DNA of 64,000 nucleotides, taken from contig CATNEN010000034.1 of assembly GCA_950097015.1 (NCBI GenBank), positions 7,316,001 through 7,380,000 on the forward strand. Reading direction: 5' to 3'. The DNA is from Macrostomum hystrix. Lineage: Eukaryota > Animalia > Platyhelminthes. Shown one piece after another: positions 13,283-24,980 of the stretch. Under the pieces are notes generated by a model. The model did not search any database and was not told where the DNA came from. It was given only the letters and a program-made list of their open reading frames with translations. The position numbers were made by a program, and so were the translations under genes. Positions within the stretch are counted from its first letter, which is position 1. The number at the start of each line of letters is the position of its first letter.

Positions 13283-16200
13283 TTTCTTCAATGTTATTTT
13301 TAGCCTTCCTTCGCTTCCCTGCAAGCGATTTTTGCCATAGACAAGTGTGTTTGTTTCATCAATTGTTTTTTTAACTACAGCCACTGAGCTCGAATTTTCT
13401 GAATTGAATAACAGATTTTCGACATTTATTTTTAGTCGCAAAATTTTGTTTTTCCAACAGACAAACAATTTCTGCAGATAAAGCTAGCCAAAGTGCACCT
13501 CAGTTAAAGCCAAACCGCAATGTCTAAACTCGCTGGCTATGATGCGCTTAGCTCATTCATTTGAGCACGCTGCGTATTGTTGCTTGAGCCATTTTTTCAG
13601 GTCTGCGATGGAAGCCTACTCTCTGAGATATTGTACAGAGATTGAGCTTGCGGTCTTCAATGAAAACTCTGCTGCTGCTGCTGCTGCTTCAACGCTTGAC
13701 CGCCCTTACTGAAACCCAACCCCAGAGAGTGGGGATTTTTTTCCATCCTAAAGCCGAAACCGTTTCAATCCTTTTTCTTCCCTTCCCAGTGCAATATTTC
13801 TAGAGTAGCACTCGCGGTGCTATTTCCATCCATTTCCATCCATTTTCTGCCTTGTCTGGCACTCTCTGCAAAGCCTTTATTTTAATATTTTATCGCCAAC
13901 GTTTTGGCGAGTGCAATCAAAGCAAGCGGAACACCTACCTGGGGTCATTTATCTTGTTTGTTCAATCCAAAGAAGTGTTTTAGTGCCATGAGTAGGGCTT
14001 CAGCAAGGAACGCTGGATATAGCAACAGGATGTATATAGATATGGCTGGACCTATTAGGTCTAGAATTAGGATCTAGGATCTAGAATCTAGGTGTTTTTT
14101 ATATTTTTTAAGCAAATGATTCACACCTAGCTCAAATGCATCCTAAAATGTTTTTTTTTAATTCTGACACTTTAAATACTGATGGATCCATTTATACTGA
14201 CAACAACGGCAACAAGTACTGACACTAAATTTATTTTGTGCACCCGTTGCTTATCCGCGTGACATAACAAATGTTTACGGGTTGCATAATTATTATTTCA
14301 TTATGAGAAAAGGTGTCACATTTTTATAAGAAACTGATCTCATCTTACAAACATGAGCAGCATTTTTTATATCATCTACGATGGCGGGACTAATCTATTT
14401 CTTTCTAGTCCATCTTTCACATACATTTTGAAGGTCTGTCTCAGTCTCATCTTGGCTTCATCTAGTCTGGTGTGTCATGTACCGAATGCAGTCGATTGAA
14501 CGTGTCAGAGTGGCAGGAGGGGATTGACCTCCAATATTATCGTGAAATCATGCACTAGCTCACTATCTGTACTGGCAGAGTAAAAATCACTTATTCGGCG
14601 TGAGAAATTGAAGTGATCCAAGCAGTGCATGCTCATGGTTGGGAGGGTCAATTTCGATGAGACATCTTGAGGAGGTGAGCGAGCCAAGCAGTGCTTGAGC
14701 TTCTCATGAAGTGTGCGGTCCCATCAGCTTGCTTGGTCTTTCAATTTTTTTCGCTTCTCTCGTGTGTCTCGTCTTGTGGAAGCACTCATGCATTGCGCCT
14801 TTTTGTGCTCCGTTTTTACGCTCTAGTGAGCTGCTGCTGCTGCTGCCTCTGTCTCCGAGACCAACCAGGAGCCTTTTTGTTGTAAGCCGAGCCGACGCTC
14901 AATAGCCAAACAAGACTAGACCCGCATGGAGAAACAAGAAGTGAAGAAATCGAGGAAATCTCAACGTCCTTCTGTGCTTGTGTGTTGATTTTAGATCTAC
15001 TGTAGGTTCCGGAAAACTCCTTTTCTTCCTCTTCCATTCGTCTTTCTTTCTCTCTGCCTCAATCTCTGGCAACCTCCGAAACTTAGACCAGCCGGGTTTT
15101 GGGAGTTTTGATTGACCCGCACCCACCCGGTGGGATTCTGGGATCAGAATGGGTGGGGTCTGCCCATCTGGTATTAGGATCTAAGCGGCTATAGTGTTTG
15201 GCGAGCTTCTCAAATTTCAGCAAAAGCTCTGCCTAATGCTCTCTGGGTGTGCGTTTGTTTGTTTCAGTCCCGTTGGATGGAACTTGCGAGAAGCTGCCTT
15301 CGATTTTGCCTCTCGTCTGTTGTATTATTTAATCATTCTATATAATCATACTCTTTATCCGTTCTATTTTTTGTCTATGGCCAAACTGAATTCAGGCAAT
15401 GCATTTTTCGTAACCATTATTGGGCAGGAATGTTTTTCGTCTTTTTCTAGGAGGCGAGTTTTGGAATCAATAAAAATTTCTTGGTCTTCCTTCTAGCTAT
15501 GAGCTGGGCTCTCTGGGGTTTCGGCTGTAAATATGCCTCCATCTGTCTTCTTTGGTAGCTTTTCAATATTTTTCCTACTTTCTCTTCATCTTCTTGCGTC
15601 TCAGTCACGCCTGATCACAGTTCGCTTGCCTGCGATGGCGAGCCTTATCGGCGCGGCAGCAGACCCCATCCCAGAAGGATGGCGAAGCGGCACAAACTAT
15701 CGTTTGTCCCCAAAACTGTGTAGACCATATTCGGGAACTAGAAGAAAATAATCTTATAAAATGCAGGTTGGGAATCGTGGTTTCAATTCGGTCGGCGCCG
15801 AAGGGCTAAAAGGATTAATCTCTAGGGCGGAGTATCCCTATAGAAGCATTGAATTGGAAAGTGCAGGTGCCACCAGGGGGCATTGGTTGGATGGGCACTT
15901 CTTCCAAATCTTTCTCCCCCGCTTTTAATCTAGTCTTCTAATCTAGCTCGTAGAATATTTACTGTCTTTAGCCAGCTGACAGTAAAAGGAATTCCGATTA
16001 TGTCGTCTTTAAAACCAAGCTAACTAAACACAGTCTGCTGGCTGATAATCTGCAACTAAATTATTTACAATACAATGCTATACGAACTGTACGAGGTCTG
16101 AAACTTTCGCTGAGTGAACTGTATACGAGTATGTATACTGTGTAACATATTCGCTTCGATTGCGATAAAGCCGACGAACAAAAAAAGCTGAGGTTGTAAA

Positions 16201-17078
16201 AATTTATTGAGTTATGGCGTGCGTCTTAGTCGCATATGGTTTACACCTTTCTGTCTTTCTCTCTCTACGAGTAGCATTTACTCGATCTATTCCTTGTGCA
16301 AGCATCGTCAGTTGTTGGAATGCTTGCGTGACATGGCCACACACACACACGCACCTATCTCTTTCTACCGTGTTTCTAAACATTAAATCTGGCCGCGATA
16401 TAATTATATTGTAAAAGATAGTGCTATCGTTTAATTTTAGTTTTTAGTCCCCATTCTCTTCTATTTTCAGTTTTAAAATGGGTTAGGGTGGAAGGAAAAT
16501 AAGGGGATTTTAGGCTGGCCGCGTTGCTAACTGGCTTTTTGCTGCCCCTTGGGGGACTAAAGCCAAAAAAGGGGAGAGTCACTGAAAGGTAGTCAGGCTG
16601 TAGTTTAGGCTATGTAATAGAAGGGGATAAAAATGAAAGCATTAAAGACGATGGCGGGCATGAAAATTTGTTGGGGCGTAAAGAAAAATTGGCTTCCCAA
16701 ACCCCTCAGAGAAAGGCAGAATGCTGGCTAGCCAAAGGCCTCGACTGTCCACTAACTGAGGCAGGGATTTTTAGGCTATAGCGTTTTATTCCATCGGATT
16801 TTCCAATTCGACGCCCAGACAGGCCGACGGCGAGACCGAGCTAACGAACCGGCTAGTTAAAGCAGACACCAACCTCTATACGACTGTGACGTTACAAATT
16901 TTGCATTTATTTGTATGACGACGGTAGTTAAAGCAGATATGGTGTTGGTTAGTCTGAAGCTTATAGTAGCTTTTGCTATCAAGCATTCTTTTTTGCTTTG
17001 AAGTAGATTCAATTAGAGACTGCTGAGAATGGGAGACACCGGAAGAGCAGTGAACAAAGAAGTGAGAGTAAGGGGGCA

Positions 17079-17442
17079 GGGGGAGAGAGGGAGGGAAGGT
17101 GGAGAGAGAGGCAGGGAAGGTGGAGACAGAGGCAGGGAAGGTGGAGAGAGAGGGAGGGAAGGTGGAGAGAGAGGCAGGGAAGGTGGAGAGAGAGGGAGGG
17201 AAGGTGGAGAGAGAGGGAGGGAAGGTGGAGACAGAGGCAGGGAAGGTGGAGACAGAGGCAGGGAAGGTGGAGACAGAGGCAGGGAAGGTGGAGACAGAGG
17301 CAGGGAAGGTGGAGACAGAGGCAGGGAAGGTGGAGACAGAGGCAGGGAAGGTGGAGACAGAGGCAGGGAAGGTGGAGACAGAGGCAGGGAAGGTGGAGAC
17401 AGAGGCAGGGAAGGTGGAGACAGAGGCAGGGAAGGTGGAGAG
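17079..17442. repeat. 21-bp purine-rich minisatellite (GGAGACAGAGGCAGGGAAGGT)
   Basis: Read directly; explains the VETEAGK repeat ORFs. Confidence 0.95.
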
Positions 17443-18000
17443 AAGGAGTGAAGGTGCAGAGTAGAGGGAAATGGCAGATGCAGGAGGTGGAAGAGACAAA
17501 GGATGGGATGCCAGTTGGTTGGTCGCAGCCATTGATGCAATTATTCCATCATATTCGCAAGATGATGGCCCTGACCAAGGCGTCCGACCTACCAGAGCTG
17601 CGTTTCGTTGGACTTTGTCAAAATTGTATCTTTCAAGCTAGACTGAGTTCGGTTCTCAAAAGATGCATAGAAATTGGTGCAATCTTCAAACGGCTTGCCT
17701 CCCTCCGCTAGTGTTGAGCAATGCTCATCTGAGCATAACATCAATGGGTGCCTCTCGAGAATTATAATTTCACCACGGCAACCACTCGACCGTCACTTCT
17801 CCTTTGAAATCTTTTGAGGCCTAGAAGATGAGAATTTCTTGCCTGCAAATTATTGAGCACCGTGAAAGACGCACTGGAAGTTCAATTCGACAATGTGAGG
17901 AAACATGCTGCTGGCTCAAAAAACCTGTGTAAATGTTTTCGACTGCATAAAATCATTGATGGTATCAAAATCTCATGTTTCATGAAGTTTCCATTGAAAA

Positions 18001-18519
18001 GTTTCACTTCCCTGAAGTTTCACTTCCCTGAAGATTCACTTCCCTGAAGTTTCACTTCCCTAAAGTTTCACTCCCCTGAAGTTTCACTTCCCTGAAGTTT
18101 CACTCCCCTGAAGTTTCACTTCCCTGAAGTTTCACTTCCCTGAAGTTTCACTTCCCTGAAGTTTCACTTACCTGAAGTTTCAATTCCCTGAAGTTTCAAT
18201 TCCCTGAAGTTTCACTTCCCTGAAGCTTCACCTCCGTGAATGAAGTTTCACTTCCCTGAAGTTTCACTTCCCTGAAGTTTCACTTCCCTGAAGTTTCACT
18301 TCCCTGAAGTTTCACTTCCCTGAAGTTTCACTTCCCTGAAGTTTCACTTCCCTGAAGTTTCACTTCCCTAAAGTTTCACTTCCCTGAAGTTTCACTTCCC
18401 TGAAGTTTCACTTCCCTGAAGTTTCACTTCCCTGAAGTTTCACTTCCCTGAAGTTTCACTTCCCTGAAGTTTCACCTCCATGAATGAAGTTTCACTTCGC
18501 TGAAGTTTCACTTCCCTGA
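18001..18519. repeat. 16-bp minisatellite array A1 (GTTTCACTTCCCTGAA)
   Basis: Read directly; same monomer as the arrays at 23966, 31169 and 32500. Confidence 0.95.
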
Positions 18520-19391
18520 TAGGAGTGCAGTACATCGCACTAGATGATCAGTGAGCTTTGCTAGCATAATGAGCAGTTGTTGAGGCTGCTGTAGATCGGA
18601 CCATTATACACGTATTTCTTGCCTTCAGCAACTGACCCTGACTCATCGGCTTCCTCAGTATTTGCCATGCTGCATTTGGAGCTTCTCGCTAGATCAGAGG
18701 CCGTGTCAGATCCCCATTCTCATTATTAATTGACCAAGGAATAGAGAGACTCAGGGAAGGAAAGACAGGGAGGGGATTCTTAAACCTATCCCCAGTCTTG
18801 ACATTGGTCTGGGAGAAAGAGGGTCCTACAGTGTATGTTATCGATGCTAGGAGCTCATCTACACTCTCTTAACCCCATTTTCATTGGCTTTCCTTCTGGA
18901 TCTGAAAGATTTGAGTTAACCGGCCGCATTGTCAGGGCAGTTGATGCAGCATATTGCGTGTGTGTGTGTGTGCGTGTGTAGTGTGTGTTCATCACGACTT
19001 TCTAGCTCGTCTTGGCCACAGCCAATCATTCCCTGTCTCTGTATATATTTATTACTCCCAGAAGCTCGACCGGACCCCACCCCAGTCTGTGATCCTTCCT
19101 ACTTCTCCATTCGCCGCCTCTGGGATTTTTATCCCATCTCCCCATCGTAACACTGGCCAGCTGGTTCTGACACGACTCAGAGAAAAGCTCAGCTAAAAGC
19201 AGAACGGAAGAAACGGATCACTTGGAAAGATTGCGTCAGCGACGAGAGTGTTGGAGTACCGACCACTATACTCATTCGCTGAGGTGGCGTTGCCAAACGT
19301 TTCTGCACTTGACAATTGAAAAACGTAAGAGATAACTTTTTCGTGTTTTTTTCCAAAATGGAATAAACTTTTCTAAAATTATTAGAGAGAA

Positions 19392-19970
19392 GAATGAAGT
19401 GACCCATTAACTGACAGGGAGAAAGAATGAAGCAACCCACCAACTGACAGGGAGAGAGAATGAAGCGACCCACCAACTGACAGGGAGAGAGAATGAAGCG
19501 ACCCACCAACTGACAGGGAGAGAGAATGAAGCGACCCACCAACTGACAGGGAGAGAGAATGAAGCGACACACCCAATGACAGGAAGAGAGAATTAAGCGA
19601 CACACCAACTGACACGGAGAGAGAATGAAGCGACACACCCACTGACAGGGAGAGAGAATGAAGCGACACACGCACTGAAAGGGAGAGTGAATGAAGCGAC
19701 ACACCCACTGACAGGGAGAGAGAATGAAGCGACACACCAACTGACAGGGAGAGAGAATGAAGCGACACACGCACTGACAGGGAGAGAGAATGAAGCGACA
19801 CACGCACTGAAAGGGAGAGTGAATGAAGCGACACACCAACTGACACGGAGAGAGAATGAAGCGACCCACCAACTGACAGGGAGAGAGAATGAAGCGACCC
19901 ACCAACTGACAGGGAGAGAGAATGAAGCGACACACCAACTGACAGGGAGAGAGAATGAGGCGACACACCA
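19392..19970. repeat. 33-bp minisatellite (AATGAAGCGACCCACCAACTGACAGGGAGAGAG)
   Basis: Read directly; 11-aa periodic ORFs (NEATHQLTGRE). Confidence 0.95.
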
Positions 19971-20435
19971 ATTTGCAGTAGCAAACCCATATGCTGATAT
20001 CACTAAGTTCCTTTTTTTCTAATTTTTAATCCTAAAAGAAGACCAGAAATCTAAGATAAGGACAGGAAAAAATAGTGCAAAATGCTTTTGACAGATCACT
20101 AGCTTGAGTCCATTTGCATCTCAGGTATCTCCGGTACTCTGCCTAATGCTTTTCCTCCTGTGTCTCTTCCTCTCCGTTGGCTCATGATTAATGAAATACC
20201 CCCCCAGATCCGCGACTCGCGCTCGACTGATGAGTGATTAATGAGAGCTTTTTTGTTCAGGCTCGAGCAAAATTCTGCTTTGAGAGGCTGGGGCGTCGAG
20301 TCGGAAAATAACGAGCGTAGTTGGCGCGAATTTAATTTTCCAATCTTTCTGCCTTTCTTATATCCTCAGCTTTTCTCCTCATTCGCTTTTCTTATTCTCA
20401 CCACTTTTTCTCTCCATTTTATATATGTTGTCCTG

Positions 20436-20846
20436 TCTTTCTCCCATCCTCTCTTTCTCCCATCCTCTCTTTCTCCCATCCTCTCTTTCTCCCATCCTCT
20501 CTTTCTCCCATCCTCTCTTTCTCCCATCCTCTCTTTCTCCCATCCTCTCTTTCTCCCATCCTCTCTTTCTCCCATCCTCTCTTTCTCCCATCCTCTCTTT
20601 CTCCCATCCTCTCTTTCTCCCATCCTCTCTTTCTCCCATCCTCTCTTTCTCCCATCCTCTCTTTCTCCCATCCTCTCTTTCTCCCATCCTCTCTTTCTCC
20701 CATCCTATTTTTCGCCCATCCTCTCTTTCTCCCATCCTATTTTTCGCCCATCCTCTCTTTCTCCCATCCTCTCTTTCTCCCATCCTCTCTTTCTCCCATC
20801 CTCTCTTTCTCCCATCCTCTCTTTCTCCCATCCTGTCTTTCTCTCA
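20436..20846. repeat. 16-bp pyrimidine-rich minisatellite (CCCATCCTCTCTTTCT)
   Basis: Read directly. Confidence 0.95.
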
Positions 20847-21690
20847 TATTTTCTCACATCTGAGTTAGTTTCTGAGTTGGTTTCAAGTGTCCGCCATGCA
20901 TTCGTGAGGCACAGTCGATTCTTCTCAGCTTCAGCAGGGTTAAATCGCAATTTGAAGCTGAATGGAGCAGCGTCGCAGGAAGCTACGAGTACAAGAACCT
21001 CCGGTTTCGCCTCTTCTGCTTCTACAGCCACCCAATCGTGGCTTTATTTTCTTCACTTCCTTCTTTTATTCGGCCTTTTAATTCAGCATTTAGGCTGGTC
21101 TTGACTGATGTGAACAATGCCAGGCAAAGTATGGCAAGCTTTCAGAATGAGAATTAACAGTAAGACTAGTCTAATTTGTAATTCAGTGAATAATTTTATC
21201 TCATAATAAAAATTTTGCCCGTTTTTTATGCCCAAAATGGTTTCACAACCCGACACGAACGTTATGTTAATCTGCGCTGCCAGATGGGACGCCCGATTTG
21301 CATAGGCGATCAAACTGGAAGCAGATAGAGAGGGCAGAGAGGAGCGGAGAGGTCTGAAGCTCGATCAGGTGCTCACTCATCCTGCTTAAGTGGACTGCCG
21401 CCAGATTGAGCTCGATATCCTACGGGGAAGCCACACGTCTTAAGAATTTCTGCTCAACAAGGGATTCCGCAGTGGGATTATAAAACTGAGAATCCTGAGC
21501 GATCGGCTGATAGATCGCCATTTTTTCCCGAAACAAAAACCACCCGAAACACTAAAAAACTGGGATTTTATCCCCAACGAAGCAAAAAGAGATTACAGAC
21601 AACAGTATAAGTGGAATCTTAAAACTGAAAAGAAGGATCTTATTTAAATGTATAACTATTTATATATTTTTCCCAAAAAGACCCGTAGGT

Positions 21691-22935
21691 GGGGATCTGA
21701 TTCCCCATCAATCCTGACAGACTGGGATCTGATTCCCCATCAATCCTGACAGACTGGGATCTGATTCCCCATCAATCCTGACAGAATGGGATCTGATTCC
21801 CAATGAATCCTGACAGAATGGGATCTGATTCCCAATGAATCCTGACAGAATGGGATCTGATTCCCCATCAATCCTGACAGAATGGGATCTGATTCCCAAT
21901 GAATCCTGACAGAACGGGATCTGATTCCCCATCAATCCTGACAGAATGGGATCTGATTCCCAATGAATCCTGACAGAATGGGATCTGATTCCCAATGAAT
22001 CCTGACAGAATGGGATCTGATTCCCCTTCAATCCTGACAGACTGGGATCTGATTCCCCATGAATCCTGACAGACTGGGATCTGATTCCCCATGAATCCTG
22101 ACAGACTGGGATCTGATTCCCCTTCAATCCTGACAGAATGGGATCTGATTCCCCATGAATCCTGACAGACTGGGATCTGATTCCCCTTCAATCCTGACAG
22201 ACTGGGATCTGATTCCCCTTCAATCCTGACAGACTGGGATCTGATTCCCCATGAATCCTGACAGAATGGGATCTGATTCCCCATCAATCCTGACAGAATG
22301 GGATCTGATTACCAATGAATCCTGACAGAACGGGATCTGATTCCCAATGAAACCTGACAGAATGGGATCTGATTCCCCATGAAACCTGACAGAACGGGAT
22401 CTGATTCCCCATGAAACCTGACAGAATGGGATCTGATTCCCCATGAAACCTGACAGAACGGGATCTGTTTACCAATGAATCCTGACAGAATGGGATCTGA
22501 TTCCCCATGAATCCTGACAGAATGGGATCAGATTCCCAATGAATCCTGACAGAACGGGATCTGACTACCAATGAATCCTGACAGAATGGGATCTGATTCC
22601 CAATGAATCCTGACAGAACGGGATCTGATTACCAATGAATCCTGACAGAACGGGATCTGATTACCAATGAATCCTGACAGAATGGGATCTGATTCCCCAT
22701 GAATCCTGACAGAATGGGATCTGATTCCCAATGAATCCTGACAGAATGGGATCTGATTCCCAATGAATCCTGACAGAATGGGATCTGATTCCCCATCAAT
22801 CCTGACAGAATGGGATCTGATTCCCAATGAATCCTGACAGAATGGGATCTGATTACCAATGAATCCTGACAGAATGGGATCTGATTCCCAATGAATCCTG
22901 ACAGAATGGGTTATGATTCCCAATGAAACCTGACA
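21691..22935. repeat. 32-bp minisatellite (GGGATCTGATTCCCCATCAATCCTGACAGA(C/A)T)
   Basis: Read directly; 32-aa (3-monomer) periodic ORFs. Confidence 0.95.
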
Positions 22936-23177
22936 GAATGGGATAATTTTCCCAAATAGCCCCGATAGAATAGGATATTTTTCACGAAAGTATTCAAATA
23001 TCCCTTGAGAGTGGAATCTTCTGAAGTCGATATTCTTGTGTACATTGTGAATGTGCCTGAAAGTCAAGACAGATGTTACACCTGTACTCAAAATAGCCAC
23101 CTTGTTGCTTTTTGATAGTCGCCAAATAATTCAATGTACAATGAATTTGATTTCTCCGGGGATTAGCTGAACACCAG

Positions 23178-23960
23178 TGGCCTCCCATCAGTTCTCTTGT
23201 CGATGTTATCGCTGGCCAACGAGTTGACGTACGCGAGCTGCTGGCACTAAACCAATAAGGTGGCAGCGATGACCAACTGGGGAGTTGATTAATCTTGCTT
23301 TTCAAAGCCCCATGCGGTACAAGAGCCAGTTCTGATAACAGTGAGCTTAACGGGACTTGTCAGGCGACTGTCTTATCTGAGTCAAGAGTAGAGTCTGAGA
23401 CATTAAGTCCCAGCTGTTCCCTCTGTCTTGTCCAGCCATCACTCCGCGTGTCCCAACTGTGCAATCTCCTCGATATTGTGCCTGTCTAAAATTTGCTTAA
23501 CTGTCCACCTATATGAGATGAGGGGCAGAAATGCCATCGATCTTCTCTCAGCCTTTATTTTCTCTATTAGATAGCTTTGAGCATGAGTTCGGTGTCGGCC
23601 GTTTCTTGGGTGCAGCCCAATTTCCTTGAGAGCACTATCCGAACCCATATGCTGAGCTGTGCGATCGCTCACCTAACACTCCCACCTTTCTCCTTCTCTC
23701 TTAGACGTCACTACTCATGCCGCACTCAACGCCAACTCCAATCAGGCAGTCGCTCTCTGCGTTTGACGCTCACGCACTCAGCAGGGGTGGGCCACTTAGG
23801 ATGCTCCATTCAAATTCACACTCCCAATATGAACAATTCCTTCACTCTTCATTCTCTGCGAATTCTCAGAAATAGCTCTCGATGAGGCTTTTTAAATGTC
23901 GATTTCAACCCTTTTCTATCTGTCCACCTACCTATCGGCCTCGGTGCGGAGACTTTTAGT
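23178..23960 (-). repeat. 783-bp segment X1, near-identical to 30386-31168; putative isolated 5' region of the LINE
   Basis: Constant 7208-bp offset. ORF-track translations are identical in both copies. One substitution noted (23909 region CAACCC vs CAACAC). Confidence 0.93.
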
Positions 23961-23965
23961 CCTGT

Positions 23966-24866
23966 GTTTCACTTCCCTGAGGCTTCAATTCCCTGAAGTT
24001 TCACTTCCCTGAGGCTTCACTTCCCTGAGGCTTCACTTCCCTGAGGCTTCACTTCCCTGAAGTTTCACTTCCGTGAAGTTTCACTTCCCTGAAGTTTCAC
24101 TTCCCTGAAGTTTCACTTCCGTGAAGTTTCACTTCCCTGAAGTTCCACTTCCCTGAAGTTTCACTTCCCTGAAGTTTCACTTCCCTGAAGTTTCACTTCC
24201 CTGAGGTTTCACTTCCCTGAAGTTTCACTTCCCTGAAGTTTCACTTCCCTGAGGTTTCACTTCCCTGAAGTTTCACTTACTTGAATTTTTACTTCCCTGA
24301 AGTTTCGCTTTCATGAAGTTTCACTTCCCTGAAGTTTCACTTCCCTGAAGTTTCACTTCCCTGAAGTTTCACTTCCCTGAAGTTTCACTTCTCTGAAGTT
24401 TCACTTCTCTGAAGTTTCACTTCCCTGAAGTTTCGCTTCCCTGAAGTTTCGCTTTCCTGAAGTTTCACTTTCCTCAAGTTTCACTTCCCTGAATTTTTAC
24501 TTTCCTGAAGTTTCACTTCCCTGAAGTTTCACTTCCCTGAAGTTTCACTTCCCTGAAGTTTCACTTCCCTGAAGTTTCACTTCCCTGAGGTTTCACTTCC
24601 CTGAAGTTTCACTTACTTGAATTTTTACTTCCCTGAAGTTTCGCTTTCATGAAGTTTCACTTCCCTGAAGTTTCACTTCCCTGAAGTTTCACTTCCCTGA
24701 GGTTTCACTTCCCTGAAGTTTCACTTACTTGAATTTTTACTTCCCTGAAGTTTCGCTTTCATGAAGTTTCACTTCCCTGAAGTTTCACTTCCCTGAAGTT
24801 TCACTTCCCTGAAGTTTCAATTCCCTGAAGTTTCACTTCTCTGAAGTTTCACTTCTCTGAAGTTTC
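23966..24866. repeat. 16-bp minisatellite array A2 (GTTTCACTTCCCTGAA)
   Basis: Read directly. The variant block ACTTACTTGAATTTTT recurs at 24275, 24611 and 24723 (spacings 21 and 7 monomers). Confidence 0.95.
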
Positions 24867-24980
24867 TTGACTTACTTTGACTTATCTGCAGGGCGGTCCG
24901 ACGGACGCAGCGGGGAGGCGGGAGTCGCCCATTCCACTAATCCCTGGAAGACCCGCAATCGGCCGATGGCGCGGGGCCAG

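Noticed and set aside
18561-18668. Small minus-strand ORF MANTEEADESGSVAEGKKYVYNGPIYSSLNNC
   Set aside because: Too short; no splice or homology support.
16876-22860. Periodic ORFs (VETEAGK, NEATHQLTGRE, MGEREDGRK, GNQIPFCQD types)
   Set aside because: Products of stop-free minisatellite frames, open in several frames and on both strands.
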